Source of the DNA: an uncultured Gemmatimonadales bacterium
GTDB lineage: Bacteria; Gemmatimonadota; Gemmatimonadetes; Gemmatimonadales; GWC2-71-9
DNA: 64,000 nucleotides
Assembly (NCBI GenBank): GCA_963825055.1
Contig: CAWGSK010000002.1
Span: 64,001-128,000, forward strand
Reading direction: 5' to 3'
The notes under the pieces: model-generated
Told to the model about the DNA's origin: nothing
What the model saw: only the letters and a program-made list of their open reading frames with translations
The model's database searches: none
In this document: piece after piece, positions 1 to 10,392 of the stretch
Layout: each line of letters opens with the position of its first letter
Position numbering within the stretch: position 1 is the stretch's first letter
Made by a program: the position numbers and the translations under genes

Positions 1-2
1 GC

Positions 3-524
3 ATTCCGATCGCCCTGGCCACCCTCGCCACCCCGAAGAACCTCGTCAGCGGGTCCTGGCACGTGGCCCGGCTCCTCCATCCCGATGAGCGGTGCGCCTG
101 GGGCGCGGTGGCCGTCAATGTCGCGGCAGCCCGACTGCTCAGCGGCTACCGCGACTTCGTGCCGGACGTGATCGACGTCCTCCGCACCAACGACGCCCCC
201 GCGGAACTGGTCGAGGCGGTGCGCCGGGTCCCCCTCCGCGGGAAAGAGGGGCTGCCCGTGACCGCCGATCCGCCCGGGGGGGTGATCCACACGGTGGAAA
301 TCGCGTTGTGGTTTGCGTATCACGAGCCGGTGCTGGAGCGTGGCCTCACCTGGCTGGCGAACGCCGGCGGGGATACCGACACGAATGCTGCTGTCACCGG
401 GGCGCTGATGGGGGCGCGGGACGGTCTCGGGGCGATTCCGGCACGCTGGCGCGAGTCCGTGGCCCGGGCGGACTACCTTGAGTCCCTGGCCGACACGCTG
501 CTCGGGCTGGCGCCTCCGCCATGA
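3..524 (+). CDS. ADP-ribosylglycohydrolase family protein (5' partial)
   Basis: Frame open from the window edge; C-terminal GGDTDTNAAVTGALMGARDG...IPARW motif. Confidence 0.88.
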   Translation: MPIALATLATPKNLVSGSWHVARLLHPDERCAWGAVAVNVAAARLLSGYRDFVPDVIDVLRTNDAPAELVEAVRRVPLRGKEGLPVTADPPGGVIHTVEIALWFAYHEPVLERGLTWLANAGGDTDTNAAVTGALMGARDGLGAIPARWRESVARADYLESLADTLLGLAPPP

Positions 525-617
525 GCCGGCGCAACAATCCGGTGCCCTCCGCCGTATACCGGGGTGGGCCGCGCCCCGCAATTATCCTTTCGTCCGATCC
601 CTTCAACCGAGGTCCCC

Positions 618-2150
618 ATGCGACGCCTGTTCCTGGCCGGCATCCTCGCCGCCGCCCTCCCCGCCGCCGCCCCGACTGCCCACGCCCAGATGGCCGTGGA
701 TACGTCCGGCATCGGCGCCATCCGTGACCAGGCCATGAACCACTCCGAGGTCATGCAGAATCTTCAGCACCTGGCCGACGTCATCGGCCCGCGGCTGTCG
801 AGCTCCCCCGCCATGCGTCGCGCCAACGAATGGACCGCCGGGCGGTTCCGGAACTATGGCCTCGAGGCCCAGCTCGAGCCCTACACCTTCGGCGTCTCGT
901 GGAGCCGGGGGCCGGTTCAGGCGGCGCTCGTGGAACCATTCGCCCGCCAGGTGACCGCCCACAGCTGGGCGTGGACCGCGGGCACTGGAGGAGCCACCCG
1001 CACTGGTCCGGTGGTCAAGGTCGAGGTGCGGTCCCGGGAGGACTTCGACGCCAACCGGGCCCGGCTCAAGGGCGCCTGGCTCATGACCGGTGACGCGGCC
1101 CCGATCTGGAATCCCGACGGTCCGGCCATGTCCGCGGAGGACTCGGCCGCCCGGCGCGAGATGATGCGGGCCCGGTTCCGCGCGCCGCGCGACACGTCCC
1201 GGGCTGCGCGGGAAGCCGCCCGCCAGTTCTCGGTGGACCTTCCGTACCTGCTGAAGCAGGCCGGAGCCCTGGGGCAGCTCCGTGACGGCTCCAAGGAGTT
1301 CGGTCTCATGACCATGAGCGGAAGCCCCAACCGGGTCTCGCCGCTGCCGCTACTCGTCCTGGCCCATGAGGACTATGCCATGCTGGACCGGCTGGTCGAG
1401 ATGGGGCAGATCCCGCGTTTCTCCGCCAGCATCACGAACACCCTTGGCACACGGCCGGAAACCCAGTGGAACACCGTGGCCGAGATTCGCGGCAGCGAGA
1501 AGCCGGATGAAGTCGTCATCCTGGGTGCGCACCTCGACAGCTGGGACCTGGGCACCGGTACCACGGACAACGGCACGGGCTCGATGGTGGTGCTGGAGGC
1601 CGCCCGCGCGATCGCACAGTCCGGCATGACTCCGAAGCGCACCATTCGGTTCATCCTGTTCAGCGGCGAGGAGCAGGGGCTGCTCGGCTCGCGCGCCTAC
1701 GCGGCCGCGCACGCCGGTGAAGCGGACCGGATCCAGGCCGTGATGGTGCTGGATAACGGGACGGGGCGGATCGTGGGGCAGGCACTGCAGGGCAGGGAAG
1801 AATTCGATGGCCTGTGGAAGGAACTGCTCGCCCCCGTGGCCGACCTCGGGGCCGACCGGGTCCGCAACGCGAACAAGGGCGGCACCGACCACCTCTCGTT
1901 CCTGCCGTACGGGGTGCCGGGCTTCAACTTCGACCAGGAATCCCGGGGGTACGGGCATACCCACCACAGCCAGGTGGACACTTATGACCACGCCGTTTCG
2001 GGTGACCTGATCCAGGCGTCCGCCGTCATGGCGGTCACCGCCTTCGAACTGGCCAACCTGCCGCGACTGCTGGAGCGTGGCCCGAAGGAGGACGTTACCC
2101 CGCCGAGCCCGGCCCAGCCTTCGGCGGGGCTGGCGAAAGGCGGCGAGTAG
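618..2150 (+). CDS. Secreted M28-family metallopeptidase (carboxypeptidase Q-like)
   Basis: Signal peptide MRRLFLAGILAAAL..AHA; GAHLDSWD, DNGTG, GEEQGLLGS, GTDH, HHSQVD zinc motifs. Confidence 0.9.
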   Translation: MRRLFLAGILAAALPAAAPTAHAQMAVDTSGIGAIRDQAMNHSEVMQNLQHLADVIGPRLSSSPAMRRANEWTAGRFRNYGLEAQLEPYTFGVSWSRGPVQAALVEPFARQVTAHSWAWTAGTGGATRTGPVVKVEVRSREDFDANRARLKGAWLMTGDAAPIWNPDGPAMSAEDSAARREMMRARFRAPRDTSRAAREAARQFSVDLPYLLKQAGALGQLRDGSKEFGLMTMSGSPNRVSPLPLLVLAHEDYAMLDRLVEMGQIPRFSASITNTLGTRPETQWNTVAEIRGSEKPDEVVILGAHLDSWDLGTGTTDNGTGSMVVLEAARAIAQSGMTPKRTIRFILFSGEEQGLLGSRAYAAAHAGEADRIQAVMVLDNGTGRIVGQALQGREEFDGLWKELLAPVADLGADRVRNANKGGTDHLSFLPYGVPGFNFDQESRGYGHTHHSQVDTYDHAVSGDLIQASAVMAVTAFELANLPRLLERGPKEDVTPPSPAQPSAGLAKGGE

Positions 2151-2256
2151 TCAGTAGCAGGTAGCGGGTAGCGAAGAGTGAGTAGTGATTAGTGAGTAGT
2201 GTCTCAGTGCAGGGATCATCCCGTAATGCACTAATCACTCACTAATCACTAATCAC
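2148..2256. repeat. Inverted heptamer tandem repeats (AGTGAGT/AGTGATT ... ACTAATC/ACTCACT)
   Basis: Seen directly between the convergent peptidase and queF 3' ends. Confidence 0.75.
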
Positions 2257-2646
2257 TGTCTGTTCCGGCAACCTCACCGTACACGTCGTCAGGAACCCGC
2301 CCCGCACGTTGTACACCGTCGTCACGGAGAGCGAGGCCGGCTCGAGGACGCGGAAAAGGTCTTCCGCGATCCGGGCGGTGGCGTGTTCCTGGAAGATGCC
2401 AACGCTCCGGTAGCTCGTGACGTAATACTTGAGGCTCTTGAGCTCGATGCACTTCGCACGCGGGACGTAGGTAATGCGAAGCGTCGCGTAGTCGGGCAGG
2501 CCGCTGTAGGGGCAGACGGCGCTGAACTCGGGCGTCTCCGTCACGATTTCCTGGGCGGGCCCCTCGTATCCGAACGTCTCCAGCACCCCGACGTCGATGG
2601 TCTCCGGTCCGGTGAACGGGATCGTGCGTCCCTCGGCGATAGCCAT
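2242..2646 (-). CDS. queF: NADPH-dependent preQ0 reductase (type I QueF)
   Basis: PEFSAVCPYSGLPDY (catalytic Cys/Asp), ELKSLKYY QueF motif, RGG near the C-terminus. Confidence 0.92.
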   Translation of the reverse strand: MAIAEGRTIPFTGPETIDVGVLETFGYEGPAQEIVTETPEFSAVCPYSGLPDYATLRITYVPRAKCIELKSLKYYVTSYRSVGIFQEHATARIAEDLFRVLEPASLSVTTVYNVRGGFLTTCTVRLPEQTVISD

Positions 2647-2648
2647 GG

Positions 2649-4520
2649 TCAGGATTCCCGCACGATGCCGTCTTCCAGCCACGTCATCCGGTCGTTGATG
2701 ATGTCCATGGCGACGCCGTAGGTCTGCACATCGTCATTGTGCCAGATCTGGTGGAAGCGGTCGGCCACGCGCCGCCGCGACTGGTTGCTGAAGAGGTCGG
2801 CCAGCGCGATGGCGTCGTGCCGCTTCCCGTCACGCTGCGCGATCTGGTGTGCCCGCGTGCATGCCGCCGAGATGGCCAGCAGCTCGGCACCAATCTCGAC
2901 CATCCGGCCGAGGACGGCCTGACGCTTTTCCAGCTTCGGCCCGAACCGGATCATGGCGTGGAAGAGCGTGCGGGCGAGGTGCCGGCTCGCCCGGTGCACG
3001 AAGCGCAGGTGCGTCGCGAGCGGGCCGTACTTGCCGTAGCGGGGCCACCAGCCCCAGCCGAGCCACTGCTTCGGATACCACCAGGCATAGAAACCGGCCG
3101 CACGGAAGAAGGCGGGGATCTTGGCGGAGAGCGGTGTCTTCGGGTCGATCAGCGCCCCGGCCACCTTCAGGTGGGTGTCCACCGCCTCGCGGGCAATGAA
3201 CAGGCGCATGATCTCGCTCGAGCCCTCGAAGATCAGGTTGATCCGGAAGTCCCGCATCATTCGCTCCACCGGATCCGGGCGTTCACCGCGGCTGGCGAGG
3301 CTCTGTTCGGTTTCATACCCGCGGCCACCCTTGATCTGCAGGGTGTCGTCCACGATCCGCCAGCCGGTCTCCGTATTCCACATCTTTGCCATCGCCGCTT
3401 CGAGGCGGATGTCGTACCCGCCACGATCGGCCATGCCGCTGGCCAGGTCGCTCACCGCCTCCATGGCGAAGGTGTCGGCGGCCATACGGCCGATCTTCTG
3501 GGCGATGGCGTCGTGCTTGCCGATCGGCTGTCCCCACTGGACCCGGGTTGCCGCCCAGGGTCGCACGATCTCCAGGCACTTCTTGCCCGCGGCCACGCAC
3601 GAGGCGGGCAGCGTGAGCCGACCGGTGTTGAGAGTGATCAGCGCGAGCTTGAGGCCCTTACCCTCCCCCCAGAGCAGGTTCTCCTTCGGCACCTTCACGT
3701 TCTTGAACTTGATGACGCCGTTTTCCAGCGCCCTGAGGCCCATGAAGTGGAGCCGGTGCGACGTGTCCACGCCTTCCCAGTCGGTTTCCACGATGAACGC
3801 CGAGATGCTCCTCGGGCCGGTCCGGGCCATCACGACCATCAGCTCCGCGATGGTGCCATTGGTGCACCAGAGTTTCTCGCCGTTCAGGACGTAGTGTGTA
3901 CCATCCTCGGACAGCGTTGCCGTGGTGCTGAGCCCGGCGGGATCCGAACCGACGTCGTCCTCCGTGAGGGCGAATGCGGAGACCGCCCCCCTCGCCAGGC
4001 GCGGGAGGTACTTCTTCTTCTGCTCCGGTGTGCCGAAGAGCTTGAGCGGGGTTGGCACGCCGATCGACTGCGCCGCGGAGAGCAGCGCGGTCAGGTTGCC
4101 GTCGAGACTGGTGACCAGGCCGATGGCGTGCGTGTAGCTCGTCTGGGAGAGCCCGAGGCCGCCGTATTCCTCGGCGATCTTGATGCCGAAGGCCCCGATT
4201 TCCCGGAGTCCCTGGATCACCTCGCCGGGGATCTTCCCCTCGAGGTCGATCTTCCCGCTGTCCACCCGCTCGCGCATGAATTTCTCAAGCCGCTCCATGA
4301 ACGGACGGGCCCGCTCCAGCTCCGCGGGGTCGACCTCGGGAAAGGGGTCGAGCAGGTCGAGTCGCAGGTTACCCTCGAACAGCTGCCGCACGAAACTGGG
4401 AGCCTTCCATTCCTTCTCACGCGCCGCCTCGGCCACCTCACGGGCCTCGGCTTCGCTGGCCAGCATCTCGGAGGGCTTCCGGGCGGCGGGCGCGCGCTGG
4501 GGGTTCATCACGTCAGTCAT
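2649..4520 (-). CDS. Acyl-CoA dehydrogenase, long VLCAD/FadE10-like form; start uncertain (4538/4520/4508)
   Basis: [44 protein letters not shown]-terminal extension. Confidence 0.92.
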   Translation of the reverse strand: MTDVMNPQRAPAARKPSEMLASEAEAREVAEAAREKEWKAPSFVRQLFEGNLRLDLLDPFPEVDPAELERARPFMERLEKFMRERVDSGKIDLEGKIPGEVIQGLREIGAFGIKIAEEYGGLGLSQTSYTHAIGLVTSLDGNLTALLSAAQSIGVPTPLKLFGTPEQKKKYLPRLARGAVSAFALTEDDVGSDPAGLSTTATLSEDGTHYVLNGEKLWCTNGTIAELMVVMARTGPRSISAFIVETDWEGVDTSHRLHFMGLRALENGVIKFKNVKVPKENLLWGEGKGLKLALITLNTGRLTLPASCVAAGKKCLEIVRPWAATRVQWGQPIGKHDAIAQKIGRMAADTFAMEAVSDLASGMADRGGYDIRLEAAMAKMWNTETGWRIVDDTLQIKGGRGYETEQSLASRGERPDPVERMMRDFRINLIFEGSSEIMRLFIAREAVDTHLKVAGALIDPKTPLSAKIPAFFRAAGFYAWWYPKQWLGWGWWPRYGKYGPLATHLRFVHRASRHLARTLFHAMIRFGPKLEKRQAVLGRMVEIGAELLAISAACTRAHQIAQRDGKRHDAIALADLFSNQSRRRVADRFHQIWHNDDVQTYGVAMDIINDRMTWLEDGIVRES

Positions 4521-4735
4521 CTGATCCGATCCGGTCATGAGAAGCGGGGCCTCCGGCTGCACAACCCCACACTAATTATGAAGGCCACCCCGCCCGGGGG
4601 AAACACACCCTGATCGGCAGGCGAGGTCAGGGCACTGCCCTTCTCAGGCTGAACAACATGAAACCGAACGACTTACAGCCCTGGGGGCGGGCATCCGGGC
4701 GATCCCCAGCCTGACTCATTCGACGCTATATTGTT

Positions 4736-4751
4736 GAGACCGTTCGGTCTC
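4736..4751. promoter_or_regulatory. Palindromic operator GAGACCG-TT-CGGTCTC, probable TetR autoregulatory site
   Basis: Perfect 7-bp inverted repeat 16 nt upstream of the TetR start, resembling AGACC-N-GGTCT boxes of NemR/LmrA-type regulators. Confidence 0.6.
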
Positions 4752-4767
4752 TTTCTCTGGAGGGCAG

Positions 4768-5391
4768 ATGGGCAAGGGCGACCGCACCCGTACCACCATC
4801 ATCCGGCAATCGGCCGCCCTGTTCAACCAGCAGGGTGTCGCGGGCACTTCCCTCGCGGACATCATGGAAGTGACCGGGCTCCAGAAGGGTGGAATCTACC
4901 GGCATTTCACCGGGAAGGATGAGCTCGCCCTTGCTGCCTTCGACCACGCCGCGCAGGCCTTCGAGGAGCGCTTCGCCACCGCGCTGGTCGGCGTGCCGGA
5001 TGCGGCCGGACGGCTGCGGGCGCTGCTCGGGGTCTATCGTGAACACATCGTGCGCCCTCCGCTGCCCGGCGGCTGCCCGGTCATGAACACCGCCATGGAG
5101 AGTGATGACACCAACCCGCTGCTCCGCGACCGTGCTGCCGCGGTCATGGACACGTGGCGCCGGGTGGTCGAGTTGATCCTGGTCGAGGGCATTCGCGCGC
5201 ATGAGCTCCGCAAGAATGTGGACGCGCCCGGCACGGCGAGCCTCTTCGTCGCGTCGCTGGAGGGGGCGGTGATGCTCACCCGGCTGCACGGGGATCCGGT
5301 GCACATGCGTCGGGCGGTGGAGTTCTGGGAGGGGGAGATCGAAGAGATGAGGGGAAGAGGGAAAAGGGAAAAGGCAAAAGGGAATCGTTAG
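4768..5391 (+). CDS. TetR/AcrR family regulator (LmrA/YxaF/NemR-like)
   Basis: N-terminal HTH (GTSLADIMEVTGLQKGGIYRHF), GGCP motif. Confidence 0.92.
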   Translation: MGKGDRTRTTIIRQSAALFNQQGVAGTSLADIMEVTGLQKGGIYRHFTGKDELALAAFDHAAQAFEERFATALVGVPDAAGRLRALLGVYREHIVRPPLPGGCPVMNTAMESDDTNPLLRDRAAAVMDTWRRVVELILVEGIRAHELRKNVDAPGTASLFVASLEGAVMLTRLHGDPVHMRRAVEFWEGEIEEMRGRGKREKAKGNR

Positions 5392-5477
5392 TCGTTGGTC
5401 GAGATGTCGCTCCTTCGGTCTGCCCGTCCGCCTGTCCGCCCGTTGACAACGCTCCCCGGTGATGGAGCATTGAAGGC

Positions 5478-7105
5478 ATGATACCCGCCACCTGTACGTC
5501 CTGCGGCGCGAGTATACCGCCAGATGCATCCTTCTGTCCCCACTGTGCCCACCCCACCGCGCCGTTCCCCCGGGATGACGGGAGGACTGGCCGGGAAGCT
5601 CCAGGAGGCTCTCGGCGCAGGCTATGAGGTGCGGGGACTCGTCGGGCAGGGTGGTTTTGCCCAGGTATTCGAAGTCTGGGATCGCGATCTTCAGCGCCGC
5701 CTCGCGGTGAAGGTACTGCGGCCGGACATCGCGTGGACCGAGTCAATGCTCGACCGGTTCCGCGAAGAGGCACGGGCGCTGGCGCGCCTGGCACATCCCA
5801 ACATCCTGCCGATCCACTTCGTCGGGAGCGGCAGCGGCCTTACATGGTACGCCATGCCGTTCATCGAGGGGCAGACCCTGGGGGAACTGCTGCGCGTCCA
5901 GGGCGCCCTGCCGGTCGATCGTGCGGTCGCCATCCTGCGGCCGGCGCTGGATGCGCTGGAATATGCCCACCGCCAGGGCCTGGTGCACCGCGACATCAAG
6001 CCGGACAACATCCAGCTGGAGCAGGGCACGGGGCGAATCCTGCTGCTGGACTTCGGCATCGCGAAGCAGCTCGACCGCGACGGCGGACTTACCCAGGCCG
6101 GCGTGACCATCGGCAGCCCGCTCTACATGAGCCCGGAACAGGCGCTGGGCCGCGGGGACATCGATCATCGCTCCGACATCTATGCCGTGGGCGCGCTGCT
6201 CTACCACATGGTGACGGGCGTGCCGCCGTTCGAGGGAAGTACCTCGCAGGAGATTGTGGGCAAGCACATTGCCGAGCCGGCACCCCGGCCGAGCACCATG
6301 AACGCGCAGATTCCGGCCTGGCTCAGCCAGGTCATCCTGCGCTGTCTTGAGAAGAACCCCGACGACCGGTATCAGTCGATCGGCATGCTGCGGGACGCGC
6401 TTTCGCAGGGGCGCTCCAGCGGAACCCAGGACCCGGTCAGCACGGAAGTCATTGCGCGACGGCTGGAAGCCGATGCCCCGACCGTCGCGCTGGAGGCGGC
6501 CCCGGCAGCACGCGGACGTTCCCGTGCGGGCTGGATGGTCACCGCGCTGGTGGTCGCGGTGCTGGCGGTCGCGCTCTTCCAGTGGACCCGCCCGCGCCTC
6601 GTGCTGGTGAACCGGATGGTGGAACCGGTCACGGTCAGGGTGAATGGCCGGGAGGCGCGGCTGACTGCCGGCGGGCGGAGCCGGTTCGTGCTCCGCCGCG
6701 GACGGCCCGCCGTCGTGGAGTGGTCCCTGGTGCGCCGCCGGCTCGCGAACGGGGACCCGGTGGGTGCGGCCGTCGAGGGGGAGATCACGCTGGATCATCC
6801 GCCGCGACGGCAGGTGCTCGACCTGATTCCGCGTGAGGGAGATGCAGGCCTGGTTCGCCCCGCTCATCACCAACGCGACCCCCGGTCCGCTCCGGATCAC
6901 GGTCAACTCCGGAACGGCCGCCGAACAGGACTGCGGCTGCCAGGTTGCGCCAGGGGCAGCCCGCCAGCCGATCGGGTACTACCCGCTCTTCAGTAACAGC
7001 AGCGTCGAGGCGCGCGACCGGGAGGGCCGGACGGCGCGGTTCACGGGGCTGGGACCAAGGGTCACCGACCAGGGCGGAGCAGTGGGACTCCGTTTCACGG
7101 AGTAG
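5478..7105 (+). CDS. Membrane Ser/Thr protein kinase with N-terminal zinc ribbon; two apparent +1 frameshifts (~5560-5590 and ~6835-6850)
   Basis: Kinase motifs GQGGFA, AVK, HRDIKPDN, DFG, YMSPE in ORF 5524-6996; CTSC..CPHC ribbon from ATG 5478 in another frame; protein-like C-terminus in ORF 6833-7105. Confidence 0.82.
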
Positions 7106-7167
7106 GATTTCCAGCGGTAACACGGTGGGCGGTGCGACGTGCCCGGGAGGTCTCGTCCCCCGGCTTC

Positions 7168-8355
7168 CTATTCCGCGCGTTTTTTCTCGATCAGTTCCCC
7201 CTTCTTCAGCGCATCGAAGCCGTACTTCTCGCGCACACGGTCGAGCGCGCGCGTAAGGTCGCGGCTCCTGGTGCGCTCGGGCGGCTCGAACAGGTCCGGG
7301 GGCGCGGCTTCCAGCAGGTTGGTCGCGGCGATGCCGAGGAGGCGCACGCCCTGGCCGCGGGCGCGGGCCTCCTCGAACGCGGGAGTGAACAATGCCCGTG
7401 CCGTCCGGAGGATCTCGTCGTCGAGATCGGTCGGCTCGTCCAGGGTGCGGCTCCTGGTCACGGTCCGGAAGTCTCCGTGGCGGAGCTTGAGCGTGACGGT
7501 CCGCGCCACCAGGCCGCTGTCGCGGAGTTCGGCTCCGATGCGGGCGGCAAAGAGGGTAAGCAGTCGCTCCAGCCGGGCCGGATCTTCGGAGTCGACGGCC
7601 AGGGTCGTCTCCCGGCTGATCGACCTGGCAGCCCGGCCGGCACGCAGGCTGGTGCCCCCGTGCCCGTGCGCCCGATGCTTGAGCCGGGACGCCTCGCGCC
7701 CGACCAGACGCTCCAGTTCCCCCACCGATTTCTGCTGCACCTCCCACACGGTCTTGAGACCCACCAGCGCCAGCCGCTCCGCGGTGCGGGGGCCGATGCC
7801 GGGCAGCGCCTGCAGTGGCAGGCCCGCGATGAAGCCCTCCTCCCAGCCGGAGCGCACTTCCAGCAGCCCCCGCGGCTTGGCGGCATCGCTGGCGATCTTG
7901 GCGATCATCCGGTTGGGTCCGATGCCCACGCTGCAGTCGAGGCCCGTCGCGCCGTGCACCGCGTCGCGGATCCGTTCGGCCACGGGCAGGAGCGACACGG
8001 GATAGAGGCGCTCGGTGCCGCTGAAGTCGAGGTACGCCTCGTCCAGCGAGGCCATGGCGACGACGGGGGAGAACTCGCGGAGCACGCTCCGGACCGCGCG
8101 CGAGGCCTCCCGATAATGGCTGAAGGACCCCTGGAAGAACGTGGCCGCCGGGCAGAGCCGCACGGCCTGCTGGACCGGCATCCCGCTCCGCACCCCGAAC
8201 CGGCGCGCTCCGTACGAAGCCGACTGTACCACCCCGCGGCTCTCGCGGCGTCCGCCTACGACGAGCAGGTCGATATCCCGGAGTTCCGGATGTCGCTGCC
8301 GGCAGACCTCCACGAAGAACGCATCGAGGTCGACGTGCATGAGGCGGGGGGGCAT
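7168..8355 (-). CDS. dinB: DNA polymerase IV
   Basis: HVDLDAFF, SASYGARRFGVRSGM, SLDEAYLD, AKIASDAAKPRG, little-finger domain. Confidence 0.95.
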   Translation of the reverse strand: MPPRLMHVDLDAFFVEVCRQRHPELRDIDLLVVGGRRESRGVVQSASYGARRFGVRSGMPVQQAVRLCPAATFFQGSFSHYREASRAVRSVLREFSPVVAMASLDEAYLDFSGTERLYPVSLLPVAERIRDAVHGATGLDCSVGIGPNRMIAKIASDAAKPRGLLEVRSGWEEGFIAGLPLQALPGIGPRTAERLALVGLKTVWEVQQKSVGELERLVGREASRLKHRAHGHGGTSLRAGRAARSISRETTLAVDSEDPARLERLLTLFAARIGAELRDSGLVARTVTLKLRHGDFRTVTRSRTLDEPTDLDDEILRTARALFTPAFEEARARGQGVRLLGIAATNLLEAAPPDLFEPPERTRSRDLTRALDRVREKYGFDALKKGELIEKKRAE

Positions 8356-8359
8356 GTCC

Positions 8360-8397
8360 TAACGGTAAACGGTGAACGGTGAACGGCGAACGGTGAA
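8360..8397. repeat. Heptamer tandem repeat AACGGTG, about 5 copies
   Basis: aacggta aacggtg aacggtg aacggcg aacggtg between the ABC ATPase and dinB. Confidence 0.8.
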
Positions 8398-8414
8398 GGG
8401 CCTCCCCGGTTTTT

Positions 8415-9476
8415 TCATACCAGGTGTACCGCCATCGCCTTGAAGGTGAGGGCGATGTCGTCGCCGGGGGCGAGGGCCATCTCCTCCGCGGAGGCGGTGG
8501 TGATGCTGGCGACGAGCGGCCGGCCCACGTCCACGAAGACCTGGGTGACCGGCCCGGCCCGCTCCAGCCGGACAACCCTGCCCTGGATCCGGTTCCGCGC
8601 CGAACCCTCGTGCGCCCGCCGGCTGACCACGATGTCCTCCGGTCGCAGGATGGCATGGACCGGCCCGCTCCGGTCGGTGACGACATCGAAGGCGAGCGGT
8701 CCGCTCCGGAAGCGCCCGGCAAAACGGCCATCCCCGTCCGACGGCCCCTCCGGCAAGACCTCGCCGGCCAGCACATTCCCGGCGCCCGTGAAACGCGCGA
8801 CGAACGCGGACCCCGGATAGCGGAAAACCTCCTCCGGCCGGCCCTGCTGCACGATGCGACCCTCGGAGAGGATGGCGACATGATCGCCCATCCGGAGCGC
8901 GTCGTCGAAATCATGGGTGACCTGGAGGGTCGTGATCCCCTCCCGCTCATGAAGCTCGCGCAGGTCGCCGCGCAGCCCCCGGCGGGTGGCCGGGTCGACG
9001 GCGGCGAAGGGTTCGTCGAGCAGCAGGATGCGGGGGCGCGGCGCGAGCGCCCGGGCCAGTGCCGTGCGCTGCTGCTCCCCGCCGCTCAGCCCGGCGGGGG
9101 CGCGGTCGAGCAGGGTCGTGATGCCGAGCAGATCGGCCAGCTCCCGGACCCGCTCCTCCCTCGCCCCCGGCGGGAGCCTCCGCCGGAGGCCATACGCGAT
9201 GTTCTCGCGGACCGAGAGGTGGGGGAACAGGTGATAGTGCTGGTACACGAAGCCGATTCCGCGCTGTTCCGGCGCGCGATCGGTAACGTCCTCATCGCGC
9301 AGCTCGACCCGGCCCCGCACGAGCCGGCCATTCCCGGCGATGGCTTCCAGCAGGGTTGTCTTGCCGGACCCGGTCGGGCCCAGGATCATCGCATACCCGC
9401 CCTCGGGGACGGTGAAGCTGATGTCCTCGAGCAGGAAGTCGCCCGCGCGCACGGTCACCCCGTCCAGGCGGATCAC
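8415..9476 (-). CDS. Molybdate/tungstate-type ABC transporter ATP-binding protein (ModC/WtpC-like)
   Basis: GPTGSGKT, LSGGEQQR, LLLDEP, C-terminal TOBE domain (SARNRIQG..ASIT). Confidence 0.9.
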   Translation of the reverse strand: MIRLDGVTVRAGDFLLEDISFTVPEGGYAMILGPTGSGKTTLLEAIAGNGRLVRGRVELRDEDVTDRAPEQRGIGFVYQHYHLFPHLSVRENIAYGLRRRLPPGAREERVRELADLLGITTLLDRAPAGLSGGEQQRTALARALAPRPRILLLDEPFAAVDPATRRGLRGDLRELHEREGITTLQVTHDFDDALRMGDHVAILSEGRIVQQGRPEEVFRYPGSAFVARFTGAGNVLAGEVLPEGPSDGDGRFAGRFRSGPLAFDVVTDRSGPVHAILRPEDIVVSRRAHEGSARNRIQGRVVRLERAGPVTQVFVDVGRPLVASITTASAEEMALAPGDDIALTFKAMAVHLV

Positions 9477-10254
9477 CGGGCGCGGGGGGCTCGAGGAGCC
9501 GGATGAGCCCGAAGACGAGGAGTGCCACGAGGAGCAGGATGATGGCGGCCGGGATGGCGCTCGAGAGTCCGAATGCGGTAAACCGGTCGAAGATCAGGAT
9601 GCTCGCGACCTTCGGATTGTAGGTCAGGATGACGATGGCGCCGAACTCGCTCACGCTCCGGGCCCACGCCAGGATCGCCCCGGCCAGGATCCCCCGCCCG
9701 GCGAGCGGAAGGGTCACCCGGCGGAAGGCCTGCCATCCCGTGTCTCCCAGGGTGCGGGCGACGCGCTCCAGCTTGGGGTCCACCTGGAGAAAGGCCTCGC
9801 GCGCCCCGCTCACCAGCAGCGGGACGGAAACGAACAGCATGCCCGCAATGATTCCCGGGACATGGTTCACCACCTCGAGCCCGAGGTCGGCCAGGGTCCC
9901 GCCAATGGCGGAGCGGCGGCCGAGAAACAGCAGGAGCGCGATGCCGGCCACCGGGTGGGGAATGACGACCGGAAGGTCCACCAGGCCCTGGACGAACCGG
10001 GCGCCGCGAAACCGCGCCCGGGCGAGCATCCAGGCGAGCGGCACGCCCAGGAGCGCGCCAATGAGCGTGGCGATGGTGGCAGTGAAGACGGTCAGGAGTA
10101 TCGACTGCTGGAGTTCGCGGTCGGCGAGAGCGCTGCCGAGGCTGCCCGGCCCGGCCTGCAGCAGCAGGCGGAGCAGGGGGCCGATGATGAACAGGACGAG
10201 AATGGCGCCCAGGATGGTGAGCACGATTCGGGGCACAGAGATGGGGCGCGTCAT
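9473..10254 (-). CDS. Molybdate/tungstate-type ABC permease (ModB/WtpB-like); 3' end inferred
   Basis: DLPVVIPHPVAGIALL, ERVARTLG loop, WARSVSEFGA. As given the ORF runs to 9292; one more base in the G6 run at 9484-9489 gives a GTGA overlap stop at 9473. Confidence 0.85.
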
Positions 10255-10299
10255 GCCGTTATAATCGGACTGATTAGACTGGGAGGGAAGGGGAGGAGC

Positions 10300-10378
10300 G
10301 GGGAAGGCAACAGGGAACAGGGAAGACGAACAGGCACCCGCGACTCAACGACTCAACGACTCAACCACTCAACCACTC
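10300..10378. repeat. Short tandem repeats (AGGGAAC-like heptamers, then ACTCAACG/ACTCAACC octamers)
   Basis: Seen directly in the divergent intergenic region. Confidence 0.7.
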
Positions 10379-10392
10379 TGGAGTTTTCCCTC

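Noticed and set aside
2148..2256. Repeat arrays as CRISPR
   Set aside because: Units are 7-8 nt with no unique spacers and no cas genes
2739..4613. 624-aa plus-strand ORF
   Set aside because: Antisense shadow of the acyl-CoA dehydrogenase; no motifs; typical of high-GC DNA
6785..8950. 721-aa minus-strand ORF
   Set aside because: Arg/Pro/Gly-rich off-frame overlap of dinB and the ABC ATPase
9340..10392. Long N-terminal extensions in the ORF track (also 19832, 21500, 42247, 57485)
   Set aside because: Extensions overlap real genes; downstream starts have RBS or family-typical N-termini
10255..10392. Moco/Wco riboswitch or ModE box before the permease
   Set aside because: Region is mostly simple repeats; no convincing structure or consensus by eye
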